In this document: piece after piece, positions 29,618-37,394 of the stretch
Layout of the letters: every line of letters begins with the position of its first letter
Position numbering within the stretch: the stretch's first letter is position 1
Virus record (IMG/VR): IMGVR_UViG_3300017987_000070
Location: 21,797-85,796 of that record
Reading direction: 5' to 3' (one strand)
Origin: a virus
DNA: 64,000 nucleotides
Notes under the pieces: model-generated
Seen by the model: the letters and a program-made list of their open reading frames with translations, nothing else
Database searches by the model: none
Told to the model about the DNA's origin: nothing
Made by a program: the position numbers and the translations under genes

Positions 29618-30928
29618 ATGGCCGATAACGGATTCAACGGGGAGAAGCAGTTCCCCTACCCCCTCACGCACACAGGGAAGGGTTACGACCTCGCAGTCCA
29701 GACGCGAGCGACTGCGATCCAAAGCTCCCTCCAGGGGTTCCTGGCGTCCAACTACCGCGCGACCATCCCTTCCCCCGAGTACGCCAAGTTCCTGCGGTCT
29801 ATCTCGTTTGAACTCGCCAAGCTCACCGTAGGTCTGGAAGAGCTTAGCGCGGACATTGACTTCGGAGAGGTGCGTCCCGAGTTCCTCTTCCAGACCGTCG
29901 CCTACTACATCTTTCGGGATGGGGACCTCCCTGACCTTGAGCTATCGGACGAGGGGTTCAGGGAGTTCCTGTTGACCATCTTGGAGATCTTCTTTCAGGG
30001 GTCCACCCCAGAGAGCATCCGTGACGCAGTGAGACTCTTCACCGAGGAGAACTTCACGCTCAAGGAGAACTTCGTCGAAGCGCGTTCCCCTACATCACCC
30101 CTGGACATCTCGGATCAGTTCGGCTTTACGGTGGAGTTTGACCTCCAGAACGGTCAGTTCCCTCCCGACCTCTTCACGCTCCAAGACAACATCAACCTCC
30201 TGATCAAGATCGTCAAGCCCGCACACACGCTGTTCACGGTCTCATACCTCTTCCAAGACGACTATTCTGGCCCCGTAGACGACGATGGGAACGTCGCCCT
30301 GGACGATGTGTCTCTGGCCCTCGTAGACAGGCGCTATGACGACGTGAGGCGCTACTGTAAGGGGATGGCAGGCTGGTCAGCGTCAACGGGTTTCGGGACG
30401 CTGGGGTCTCTGTTCACCTTCCGAGACGAAGCTGTAAGTTCACCCTTGTCATCGGTTCGTGTTGGTGCTACACTGACGATCACATCAGGCCCAAACACGG
30501 GAGTGTACCGTGTCACAGGGAACGTAGACGATGACGCCGTGACGATCACTCCTCGCTTGAAGGAACCCGAGACCGACATTGAGTACAAGATCGAAGTGGA
30601 CCGCTTGGGTAAGAATCAAGAGAGGTTCATTCAAGGCGAGGACGCTTCAGCTCAGTTCAAGAGCCCGTTGATCTTCGACATCGAACTGGACGGTCCTTAT
30701 ACCGTGGCAGGTGGAGGGAACTTCACGGCGACGGCAGTAGGGAACTTCTCGGGCGATGTCACCTACGAGTGGAATTTCGGTGACGGCGACTTCCTTTATG
30801 ATGATGCAACGGGAACTATGGCGACGTTCACAGCGCCCGTAGGACCCGCCGAGAGGCTCATCCGAGTCAAAGGAACAACCGCTGATGGTCGTGTAAGAGT
30901 GGCAGAGACCACCGTGACCATCACCTGA
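29618..30928 (+). CDS. Baseplate wedge gpI/gp7-like protein with C-terminal PKD-like domain
   Basis: FFQGSTPESI and LIKIVKPAHT (gpI-type KPAH motif); YEWNFGDG is a PKD signature. Follows the J-like gene. Confidence 0.7.
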   Translation: MADNGFNGEKQFPYPLTHTGKGYDLAVQTRATAIQSSLQGFLASNYRATIPSPEYAKFLRSISFELAKLTVGLEELSADIDFGEVRPEFLFQTVAYYIFRDGDLPDLELSDEGFREFLLTILEIFFQGSTPESIRDAVRLFTEENFTLKENFVEARSPTSPLDISDQFGFTVEFDLQNGQFPPDLFTLQDNINLLIKIVKPAHTLFTVSYLFQDDYSGPVDDDGNVALDDVSLALVDRRYDDVRRYCKGMAGWSASTGFGTLGSLFTFRDEAVSSPLSSVRVGATLTITSGPNTGVYRVTGNVDDDAVTITPRLKEPETDIEYKIEVDRLGKNQERFIQGEDASAQFKSPLIFDIELDGPYTVAGGGNFTATAVGNFSGDVTYEWNFGDGDFLYDDATGTMATFTAPVGPAERLIRVKGTTADGRVRVAETTVTIT

Positions 30929-30939
30929 AAGGAGTTGCT

Positions 30940-31239
30940 ATGCCCGTAAATTATGGAAAGTTCGCTAAAAAAGACCTCGAACCCGAGGTCGTAGCGGAAC
31001 TGGAGAAGCTTTCAGAGTACCTTGAGATTCATGGCGCACCCCAATCCTCGGTAGAAATGCTTACACGCCCTAGTCTTGCTGCTCCTGAGAGGCGCTTTAA
31101 CTCCAAGGTGGGACCCCTGAGTGTCCTCACCTTCGGCGCACCGAACCCTGAGATTGGAGCCCGAGCTGTCCGAAGGATTCGCAAGAAGCTAGCCAAGGCT
31201 TACCCTGACATGAAGCAGCCCGAGGAAACGAAAGTATGA
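30940..31239 (+). CDS. Hypothetical protein
   Basis: AAGGAG RBS. Confidence 0.7.
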   Translation: MPVNYGKFAKKDLEPEVVAELEKLSEYLEIHGAPQSSVEMLTRPSLAAPERRFNSKVGPLSVLTFGAPNPEIGARAVRRIRKKLAKAYPDMKQPEETKV

Positions 31240-31367
31240 AATGTAAGCTTAACGCCCTGGTTCTTGTAGACGAGGCTCTCGTGAAGAGCGCCGGTAAGCT
31301 TCGTGATAGACTCAAAGACCGCTATCCCGAACTCCACCAGAAGTACCAATCGTGGGAGCCGAAATGA
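31236..31367 (+). CDS. Small 43-aa protein not in the ORF track
   Basis: MKCKLNALVLVDEALVKSAGKLRDRLKDRYPELHQKYQSWEPK. ATGA overlaps at both ends exactly fill the gap between neighbours. Confidence 0.6.
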   Translation: MKCKLNALVLVDEALVKSAGKLRDRLKDRYPELHQKYQSWEPK

Positions 31368-31774
31368 ACTTTTCCAGACCGTACATGAGCCCTGATCGGA
31401 TGCGAGGCATGTTCTCGTGTGAGCCCGGTTGGCATTCTCTGATCGAAGAGTTCGTCACCTCTGTCGACGAAATGATGAGTCAGGATGACAACCCTCTGGG
31501 TCTGTCTCCCTGGAAAGACTTCAGGGTGCTTCAGGTGAAGCAGAAGTGGGGCACGCTCACTATCTATTACACGGGAGAGCCTGAGCACCGGAAGCAAGAC
31601 CTCATCTCCCTCGTGTACGGTCTGGCAGAAAGGTCGGAATCCATGTGCGAGGAGTGCGGCAAGGTCTTCGACAAGCCCCATATGAACGCCCGGTGCTCCG
31701 ACGAATGCGAAGAGACTCGATTGGAGCGCAGGCAGAGGCTCGTCATGGCTCGGAAAGAGTCGAAGAAGAAGTGA
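31364..31774 (+). CDS. Conserved phage hypothetical protein with C-terminal Zn ribbon
   Basis: GWHSLI...QVKQKWGTLTIY...CEECGK...CSDEC is a pattern common in phage proteins. GGGAG before ATG 31364. Confidence 0.7.
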   Translation: MNFSRPYMSPDRMRGMFSCEPGWHSLIEEFVTSVDEMMSQDDNPLGLSPWKDFRVLQVKQKWGTLTIYYTGEPEHRKQDLISLVYGLAERSESMCEECGKVFDKPHMNARCSDECEETRLERRQRLVMARKESKKK

Positions 31775-31784
31775 TAGCTTCTTC

Positions 31785-31813
31785 TTGAAGATCTGGGGAT
31801 AAGCCGCTATAAG
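31785..31813 (+). promoter_or_regulatory. Sigma70-like promoter TTGAAG-N17-TATAAG for the RNA repair gene
   Basis: Intergenic, 17-nt spacer, and a GCTATAA core like the - strand promoters. Confidence 0.65.
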
Positions 31814-31814
31814 A

Positions 31815-31854
31815 GGGTGAAAGCTTCTACGGAAGCAACACCCTCTTTCTTTTT
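31815..31854 (+). terminator. Probable intrinsic terminator with C(UACG)G tetraloop
   Basis: GGGTG-AAA-GCTTC-TACG-GAAGC-AA-CACCC followed by TCTTTCTTTTT. Confidence 0.55.
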
Positions 31855-31866
31855 GGAGTCCGAGTC

Positions 31867-33936
31867 ATGCATGTAGATAGCAACGAAACGAAGCTGGACG
31901 TGGTGGGAGATGTTCACGGGTGCTACGACGAGTTGATCGAACTCGTCGAGAAGCTCGGATACGTCAAGGGGGAACGTGATTCCCTGTACCGTCACCCCGA
32001 GGGACGCCATCTGGTCTTCGTGGGTGACCTCACCGACCGTGGCCCGAAGAACCGTCTCGCCCTTCTGTTTGCTCTGAGGCATTCGGAGGCGGGTCTTGCC
32101 ACATACGTGCAGGGGAACCACGACAACAAGCTTGGGCGCGTGCTCAAGGGCAATGACGTTTACATCGGACATGGCCTTCAGGACACGTTGGATGAGCTAC
32201 AGGACATGAGCGCTGATCAGAAGCTCAAGCTCTCTGAGCGCATCCTGAGCCTCCCCATCTACGCGACGTTCGACGGCGGAAAGCTCCTCGTGGCACACGC
32301 CGCTCCTCCGCCCAAGGGTGCTTCCCGTAAGAAAGCCTTCTCCACTTGCCTGTATGGTCACACGACGGGGAGGAAGACCGAAAAGGGGTTCCCCGAGCGT
32401 CTGAACTGGGTCCCGACCTACAACGCGGAGGCGGGTGATGATACGCCCTTTGTGGTGTACGGTCACGTGACGCACAAGGAGGCGTACCTCACGGACCACG
32501 CGTGCTGTATCGACACGGCGTGCTTCGCGGGGAACAAGCTCTCTGCGTTCCGCTACCCGGAGCACAAGATCGTCTCGGTGAAGTCGCAGCAGTCGTGGGA
32601 TGGGGAGACGGATCTCGTCTTGCATGACAAGAAGAACGCTCCTACTCCCACGCGAGGCATCAAGGCGTCTCCTATGACGACGCTTCACCTCCCCACGCTC
32701 TTGAAGAGGCTTCGTGAGAATGAGGAGGAGGTCCTCTACCTCATTGACACGGACCCGAAGCTCAAGAAGAGAGAGCACGAGAACGGGCTCATCATCGCGA
32801 ACTCGTCACCCGCGCTTTTCGAGCCGGAGGAAGAGCACCAGATGTACGCCAAGGGGATCGTCTACACGCGTGACCCCTACCGTCTGGTGTCTCTTCCTCT
32901 CATCAAGATGTTCAACCACACGATGCGAGAGATCTCGGACAACACGACGAAAGAGATGCTCGCGGACAAGGAGGTGAGCGTCATCTTCCCTGACAAGGCA
33001 GACGGCACCATGATTCAGGTGTTCGAGCACGACGGGGAGGTGTACCTGACGACGCGCTCTGTACTGGAAGGTACTGAGACTGACATGGATGAGGGGAACT
33101 TCGACTATGTGGGAGAAGCGAGGAAGATCCTCGCGGAGAAGTACCCTCTGGCGTTGAAGCATGACATCGTGAAGACGTACAGTCTCGTCTTCGAGATGAT
33201 TCACCCTGACACGCGTATCGTCACCGACTACGGGGACCGTCGTGACATGGTTCTCCTCGCAGTGTACGATCACGTTGAGAACTGCTACAAGTCGAGCGAC
33301 TTCCTCAACCGGATGCCCTACCTCTACGGCTTCACGGTAGGGAAGAATCACTCTCCTGACACGGGCAGCTTCGACGGGGACGTCAAGGCGATCCTCGATC
33401 ACCTCGACACCGAGTATGACAACATGCCGGAAGGCGTGATCGCGGTCTTCGAGAAGGAAGGGGAGATTCAGCACCGGGTCAAGATCAAGACGCAGGACTA
33501 CCTTCGTTACCACCGTCTGAAGTTCCACTGCACCTACAAGAGCGTGGTGCAGATGGCGTGGTTCAATGAGGACCTACACGAGTGGGATGCCTTCCTGGCG
33601 TACCTTCGAGAGAACGGTCTGACCGAGGAAGAGGTCGAGAGCTTCTACAAGGAGCACTTCGAGGAGTTCAAGGTCTGGCTCGACAGCGTGAAGGCGCGGC
33701 AGGAGGAGGTCCTGTCCTGGCTCGAAGGGTACAACTCTGGGGTTGACACCTCGGACAAGCGCCTGTACTATAAGAACCTAGCGATGACTGCCAAGGAGCA
33801 GAAGCCCGACGTCTTCGGGCTCATCATGCTCGCAGCTCGAAAAGGAATCGACCTCATTGAAGTCATGAGGGCCTTCCCTGCCTATGACGGCTTCAAGGGG
33901 GAGGTGGATAAGTGGAGGAAAGAGAATGAAGCTTGA
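31867..33936 (+). CDS. Pnkp/PrpE-type metallophosphoesterase fused to T4 Rnl1-like RNA ligase
   Basis: Phosphoesterase motifs GDVHG, GDLTDRG, GNHD, VVYGH, IDTAC. Nucleotidyltransferase motifs KADG (I), TRS, FEMI, EGVI, RVKIK. Confidence 0.85.
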   Translation: MHVDSNETKLDVVGDVHGCYDELIELVEKLGYVKGERDSLYRHPEGRHLVFVGDLTDRGPKNRLALLFALRHSEAGLATYVQGNHDNKLGRVLKGNDVYIGHGLQDTLDELQDMSADQKLKLSERILSLPIYATFDGGKLLVAHAAPPPKGASRKKAFSTCLYGHTTGRKTEKGFPERLNWVPTYNAEAGDDTPFVVYGHVTHKEAYLTDHACCIDTACFAGNKLSAFRYPEHKIVSVKSQQSWDGETDLVLHDKKNAPTPTRGIKASPMTTLHLPTLLKRLRENEEEVLYLIDTDPKLKKREHENGLIIANSSPALFEPEEEHQMYAKGIVYTRDPYRLVSLPLIKMFNHTMREISDNTTKEMLADKEVSVIFPDKADGTMIQVFEHDGEVYLTTRSVLEGTETDMDEGNFDYVGEARKILAEKYPLALKHDIVKTYSLVFEMIHPDTRIVTDYGDRRDMVLLAVYDHVENCYKSSDFLNRMPYLYGFTVGKNHSPDTGSFDGDVKAILDHLDTEYDNMPEGVIAVFEKEGEIQHRVKIKTQDYLRYHRLKFHCTYKSVVQMAWFNEDLHEWDAFLAYLRENGLTEEEVESFYKEHFEEFKVWLDSVKARQEEVLSWLEGYNSGVDTSDKRLYYKNLAMTAKEQKPDVFGLIMLAARKGIDLIEVMRAFPAYDGFKGEVDKWRKENEA

Positions 33937-33942
33937 GGTCCT

Positions 33943-34110
33943 ATGAGGTGGCTAGACAAACCTATTCGGTGGACCTTCTGGCATACCCTCATCCTTACGG
34001 TGAGTGTGCTCGGAGCCCTCTACCTAATGGACGCACCCCTACGAATCATGGTATACGCTGCCTGCGTTTACCCTACCATTCACATAGCCATGCGTATTCT
34101 GAGAGGATAA
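33943..34110 (+). CDS. Small 55-aa two-TM membrane protein not in the ORF track
   Basis: MRWLDKPIRWTFWHTLILTVSVLGALYLMDAPLRIMVYAACVYPTIHIAMRILRG; GAGGT RBS. Confidence 0.6.
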   Translation: MRWLDKPIRWTFWHTLILTVSVLGALYLMDAPLRIMVYAACVYPTIHIAMRILRG

Positions 34111-34141
34111 CATGCGTATGTCTTGACGGTTTGTGAGAGGG

Positions 34142-34927
34142 TCAGATCTTGAGAGCCTTGCTCACCTGAGTGTAGCCCTGATTGTAAAGGTCAAGGGCTT
34201 CCTCACGGTTCATGAGCAAGTTCGCGCCGCTCTTGGTGGTCTTGACCCGTATCGTCCTGGCGAACACGGCATCTTCCATGTGCTCTTTGTCGATAGCTCC
34301 CATCATCGTGCCCAGAACTGCGAACCCGTAGTCGAGTAGAGACTCCACGGGCTTCCTCTCTGGGTCAGAGACGACCTTGATTCCGATCACGTCTTCACCT
34401 GACCCGAAGATGTCCAGTGGGAACCCCACCGCGACGCCTCCGTCTACATAACGCGCGCCTTCTATCTCGACGGGAGTGAACGCGAAGGGTACCGACATGG
34501 AAGCTCTCACCGCCAAGGGCAAATCGGCATCGGGGGTATCATGTGAGGAGAACACCACGCTCTCTTGCGTGTCAATGTTCACGGTCCCTACGTGCAGAGG
34601 TATGACCGTATGCCCGAAGGTACGTGACATCTCCTGACGGAAGACGTCAAGGAAGGCGTGACCTTTGATCAAGCCCCAGGATAAGGGAGGGAACCACGAC
34701 GGATCGATGAGACCGAGGTTGTCCCCCGGAGCCGTATCCAAGATCACCTGCTTGATGTCCTCTGAGGACTTCCCAGAAGCCACGAGAGCGGCGATGATAC
34801 TCCCACCCGATACCCCGGCTATCTCCTCTATCTCAAAGCTCTCTGTGAGCCTGGAAATGGCTCCAGCGTGAAGGGGATACAGAAGCCCAGAACCGGAAAG
34901 CACGACTTTGATTTTGGGTTTGCTCAT
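34142..34927 (-). CDS. Patatin-like phospholipase
   Basis: Oxyanion-loop variant LSGSG, nucleophile GVSGG, ASMSVPFAF, and catalytic YVDGG. Confidence 0.9.
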   Translation of the reverse strand: MSKPKIKVVLSGSGLLYPLHAGAISRLTESFEIEEIAGVSGGSIIAALVASGKSSEDIKQVILDTAPGDNLGLIDPSWFPPLSWGLIKGHAFLDVFRQEMSRTFGHTVIPLHVGTVNIDTQESVVFSSHDTPDADLPLAVRASMSVPFAFTPVEIEGARYVDGGVAVGFPLDIFGSGEDVIGIKVVSDPERKPVESLLDYGFAVLGTMMGAIDKEHMEDAVFARTIRVKTTKSGANLLMNREEALDLYNQGYTQVSKALKI

Positions 34928-35982
34928 CAGGCTCTCCCTCTCATGATGTCATAGAGCAGATCGTTGATTTTGCGCACTATCTTGAAGACATGGCGGTTCC
35001 CCGTAAGGTACCCGTCCTCGTCGTCGGTTCGAGGCCAGTCGAAGACTTCTACGCTCTCGTGCTCGTAGCCGTTGCCTTCCACTATAATCTCAAAACGGAT
35101 GTTCGTATCATCTTCTCTCACGGGCATCATAGTTACGAGGTAGTGGCCTTGTCGTCCCTCGTGGGCATCGCGACCGAAGCTACCCCGGACTTCAGGAGCA
35201 CCTCCGGCCATACTGGACACGCTAGCAGGTCCGTCAAACATGCCTCCCATCCCGCGCGCGAACTCGGCGTACATCTCTTCGACGGGTAGGGGCTCTCCTT
35301 CAAGCTTATCGTAACTCACTACAACGTGAGGATGCTTGGCGAGGAACGCTTCTACCTCAGCCTTTTGAATCTGAGGGTTCCCTTCCACGTAAAGATAGCT
35401 TGGAATGACCTTGAGCTTCAAGAGCGTGCCCTTGGGCATGTTCCGGTCCTCAAAGCTCAACGAACCCAGGTTGGGGGCGAAGTTGTTAGCTACCCAAAGC
35501 GCCTCCTCGTTGGTCAGAGCTACCTTTCCCAAGACCAAATTGATGATACCCTGGTTCGCTTTGGTCCCGAGTAAGACTTTACGTGCGAGGGCTTTGTTTT
35601 TAGACAGGGACGAGAATGGTAGGCTTCGGTCATTGTATACCTTGGCGAATTCAATCTTGTACCTTGATGCAGGCTTATCGTAGGTTCTCAAGGTGAGAGG
35701 CCCCATTGTGCGTACCTCATCGGGGAACTTATCCAACGCTCGATGCACGTAAGGGACGACCTGATTCTCGGTACGAGCACGATCAATCGCATCCATCTCC
35801 ACCACGACCCTGAGTACCTGCTTGTACGTGCGGAGGTCTTTCTTGCCGTTGAGCACAGAGCGGAGTTCGCCAAAGAGCCGGTTGAAGTCGTCGTTGGCGA
35901 TCAACACTCGTAGGTGCGGTCTAAGTTGAGGGTGAATCTTTCCGAGCTTTATAAGATTATATCTAAACTTATCTTCAGTCAT
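34927..35982 (-). CDS. Leader-motif plus FGxLRS...PYV family protein (paralogue 3)
   Basis: N-terminal FRYNLIKLGKIHPQLRPHLRVLIA, then LFGELRSVL...QVVPYVHRALDKFP and LRR-like APNLGSLSF. GAGG precedes ATG 35982. Confidence 0.7.
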   Translation of the reverse strand: MTEDKFRYNLIKLGKIHPQLRPHLRVLIANDDFNRLFGELRSVLNGKKDLRTYKQVLRVVVEMDAIDRARTENQVVPYVHRALDKFPDEVRTMGPLTLRTYDKPASRYKIEFAKVYNDRSLPFSSLSKNKALARKVLLGTKANQGIINLVLGKVALTNEEALWVANNFAPNLGSLSFEDRNMPKGTLLKLKVIPSYLYVEGNPQIQKAEVEAFLAKHPHVVVSYDKLEGEPLPVEEMYAEFARGMGGMFDGPASVSSMAGGAPEVRGSFGRDAHEGRQGHYLVTMMPVREDDTNIRFEIIVEGNGYEHESVEVFDWPRTDDEDGYLTGNRHVFKIVRKINDLLYDIMRGRA

Positions 35983-36059
35983 TGGGTTTACCCTCATTCG
36001 TCCGCATCAAGAGTGATGCCGCCGTGATTGAACAGTGGCCTTCTGAATGCCGCAGTTCA

Positions 36060-36212
36060 GGTTTTTGGTCAGTACGGATAACATGGCATCGTAGTGTGAA
36101 CGTTTGATTCGATAAGATCGGCATAACGTTTGATGGTCTCTCCCTCCAGATAACGAAAGATAACCAGAGAGGTCGAATGTCCTCTTCAAGTCTCTCTTCG
36201 AGAGCTTTCCTC
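36060..36212 (-). pseudogene. Possible frameshifted remnant of a sigma region-4-like HTH gene
   Basis: Joining frames gives RKALEERLEEDIR / LVIFRYLEGETIKRYADLIESNVHTT / HVIRT. No intact ORF or start codon. Confidence 0.3.
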
Positions 36213-36216
36213 GTCC

Positions 36217-37392
36217 TCAGAGGTTAGGGTCTTCTTGTGAGAAGCAATAGAACGTCGCTGTTCCAAACTCGCCGTAGTACGGCTGGTCATTCAGAAGCTT
36301 GATGCGTACTTGCATCCCCGCAGAGGAGTAGAGTGAGATCACCGCCTGATAGTCCCAGGGATACGTGATAACACCATATTGCATATCACGCTCCCCACGC
36401 AATTCTGAGGGCGCTTTGGAAGGAGGGATCGACGGATAGCTACCGTTGGCCTCGTTGATAAAGTCTTTCATGCTCTTATAACGAATCGCCGCGCCGAACG
36501 GCACACTATCCCCCGGATTCGGAGTGAACCCCAGAGACGCGGCCAACGCGGCTTGGTCGGAAGCGGGAAGCGCGCCGAATAGACCGAAAGTTTGGAATTC
36601 CATCGTATCTCGAATTGAGATGTCTTCCGAGAATTGAATCTCCACGCTACGAAGCTCCAGTAACTTGCCCATTGTAGGGGTTAAGTAGAACTCCGAGGTC
36701 TGAGCATAGTAGTAGGTGGCCGTCACCACTGCGCCGGGGTCAGGAGCTTCATCAAAGGTGACACAGCCGTTGGTGTAGTCTATAATGTAGTCGCCGCCAG
36801 GGTTTTCAACAGTGATCTCATTTTTTAGGTTCCCATCTACCTTAACTATTGGCGCATAGGATTCCCCGGTCATGGTAGTCAGAAAGTCTTCCATCCAAAT
36901 GCGCCCGTGCGTGACATCAATGATATACGGCATGTCCCCGTAAGGTACTGTGATGCCGTCGAAGTTCATTCTGAACGTTCGGTTGTTCTCCTGAGAGGGT
37001 ATGAGCACCTGATCCTCAATTTTAGCTGCGCTGGTGTACCACGTGCGGGGATCAGTAAAGTCATGAGTGATGATGTTGACGCGAGACGCGGCGGGGGGGA
37101 ACGAGGCCACGTCCAGGCGACCTTCGTTAATTCGCGCACCTTCGATAGCTACTTGTATCGCGCTGCTCCCCGTGGGGGCACCGTCATGACCCGCCACTAC
37201 CTGAGTCAAGACCGCCTCATCGGTGGGGTTGAGCGATTGAGCCATGATGATGTCTACCTCATCTCCGCTCTGGTCTATTCGACGCAACGCCACGGTAATC
37301 TCTGAAGTACGAATCTCGGTTTCGAGTTTACTCAGGTTGACACTGCCCCCGAAGTCGGAAGCTACGCTAAATAAATAGGAAGTATCTGCCAT
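36217..37392 (-). CDS. Virion structural protein sharing an N-terminal module with the long fibre
   Basis: Its N-terminus (Y....SD..G.V.LSKL..E...L.P.....L..V...HDG) matches that of 37395-41516. YIIDYTNGCVTF..AP..G.VVTATYYY is a structural motif. Confidence 0.6.
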   Translation of the reverse strand: MADTSYLFSVASDFGGSVNLSKLETEIRTSEITVALRRIDQSGDEVDIIMAQSLNPTDEAVLTQVVAGHDGAPTGSSAIQVAIEGARINEGRLDVASFPPAASRVNIITHDFTDPRTWYTSAAKIEDQVLIPSQENNRTFRMNFDGITVPYGDMPYIIDVTHGRIWMEDFLTTMTGESYAPIVKVDGNLKNEITVENPGGDYIIDYTNGCVTFDEAPDPGAVVTATYYYAQTSEFYLTPTMGKLLELRSVEIQFSEDISIRDTMEFQTFGLFGALPASDQAALAASLGFTPNPGDSVPFGAAIRYKSMKDFINEANGSYPSIPPSKAPSELRGERDMQYGVITYPWDYQAVISLYSSAGMQVRIKLLNDQPYYGEFGTATFYCFSQEDPNL

Positions 37393-37394
37393 GA

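Noticed and set aside
1-30928. Extracellular contractile injection system or T6SS instead of a phage
   Set aside because: Dcd, an RNA ligase, an intein-bearing helicase, T5orf172, many small ORFans and the large size of the baseplate proteins fit a jumbo phage. No T6SS membrane complex or eCIS ATPase is visible.
33933-34339. ORF-track calls 33933-34136 and 34133-34339
   Set aside because: The frame 33943-34110 has an RBS and a coherent two-TM product. The second call is antisense to the patatin.
34142-34927. Patatin as the CapV effector of a CBASS operon
   Set aside because: No CD-NTase or Cap2/Cap3 gene is nearby.
36007-36189. 60-aa ORF in the gap
   Set aside because: TTG start, atypical codons and no recognisable features. 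The region is better explained as a relic.
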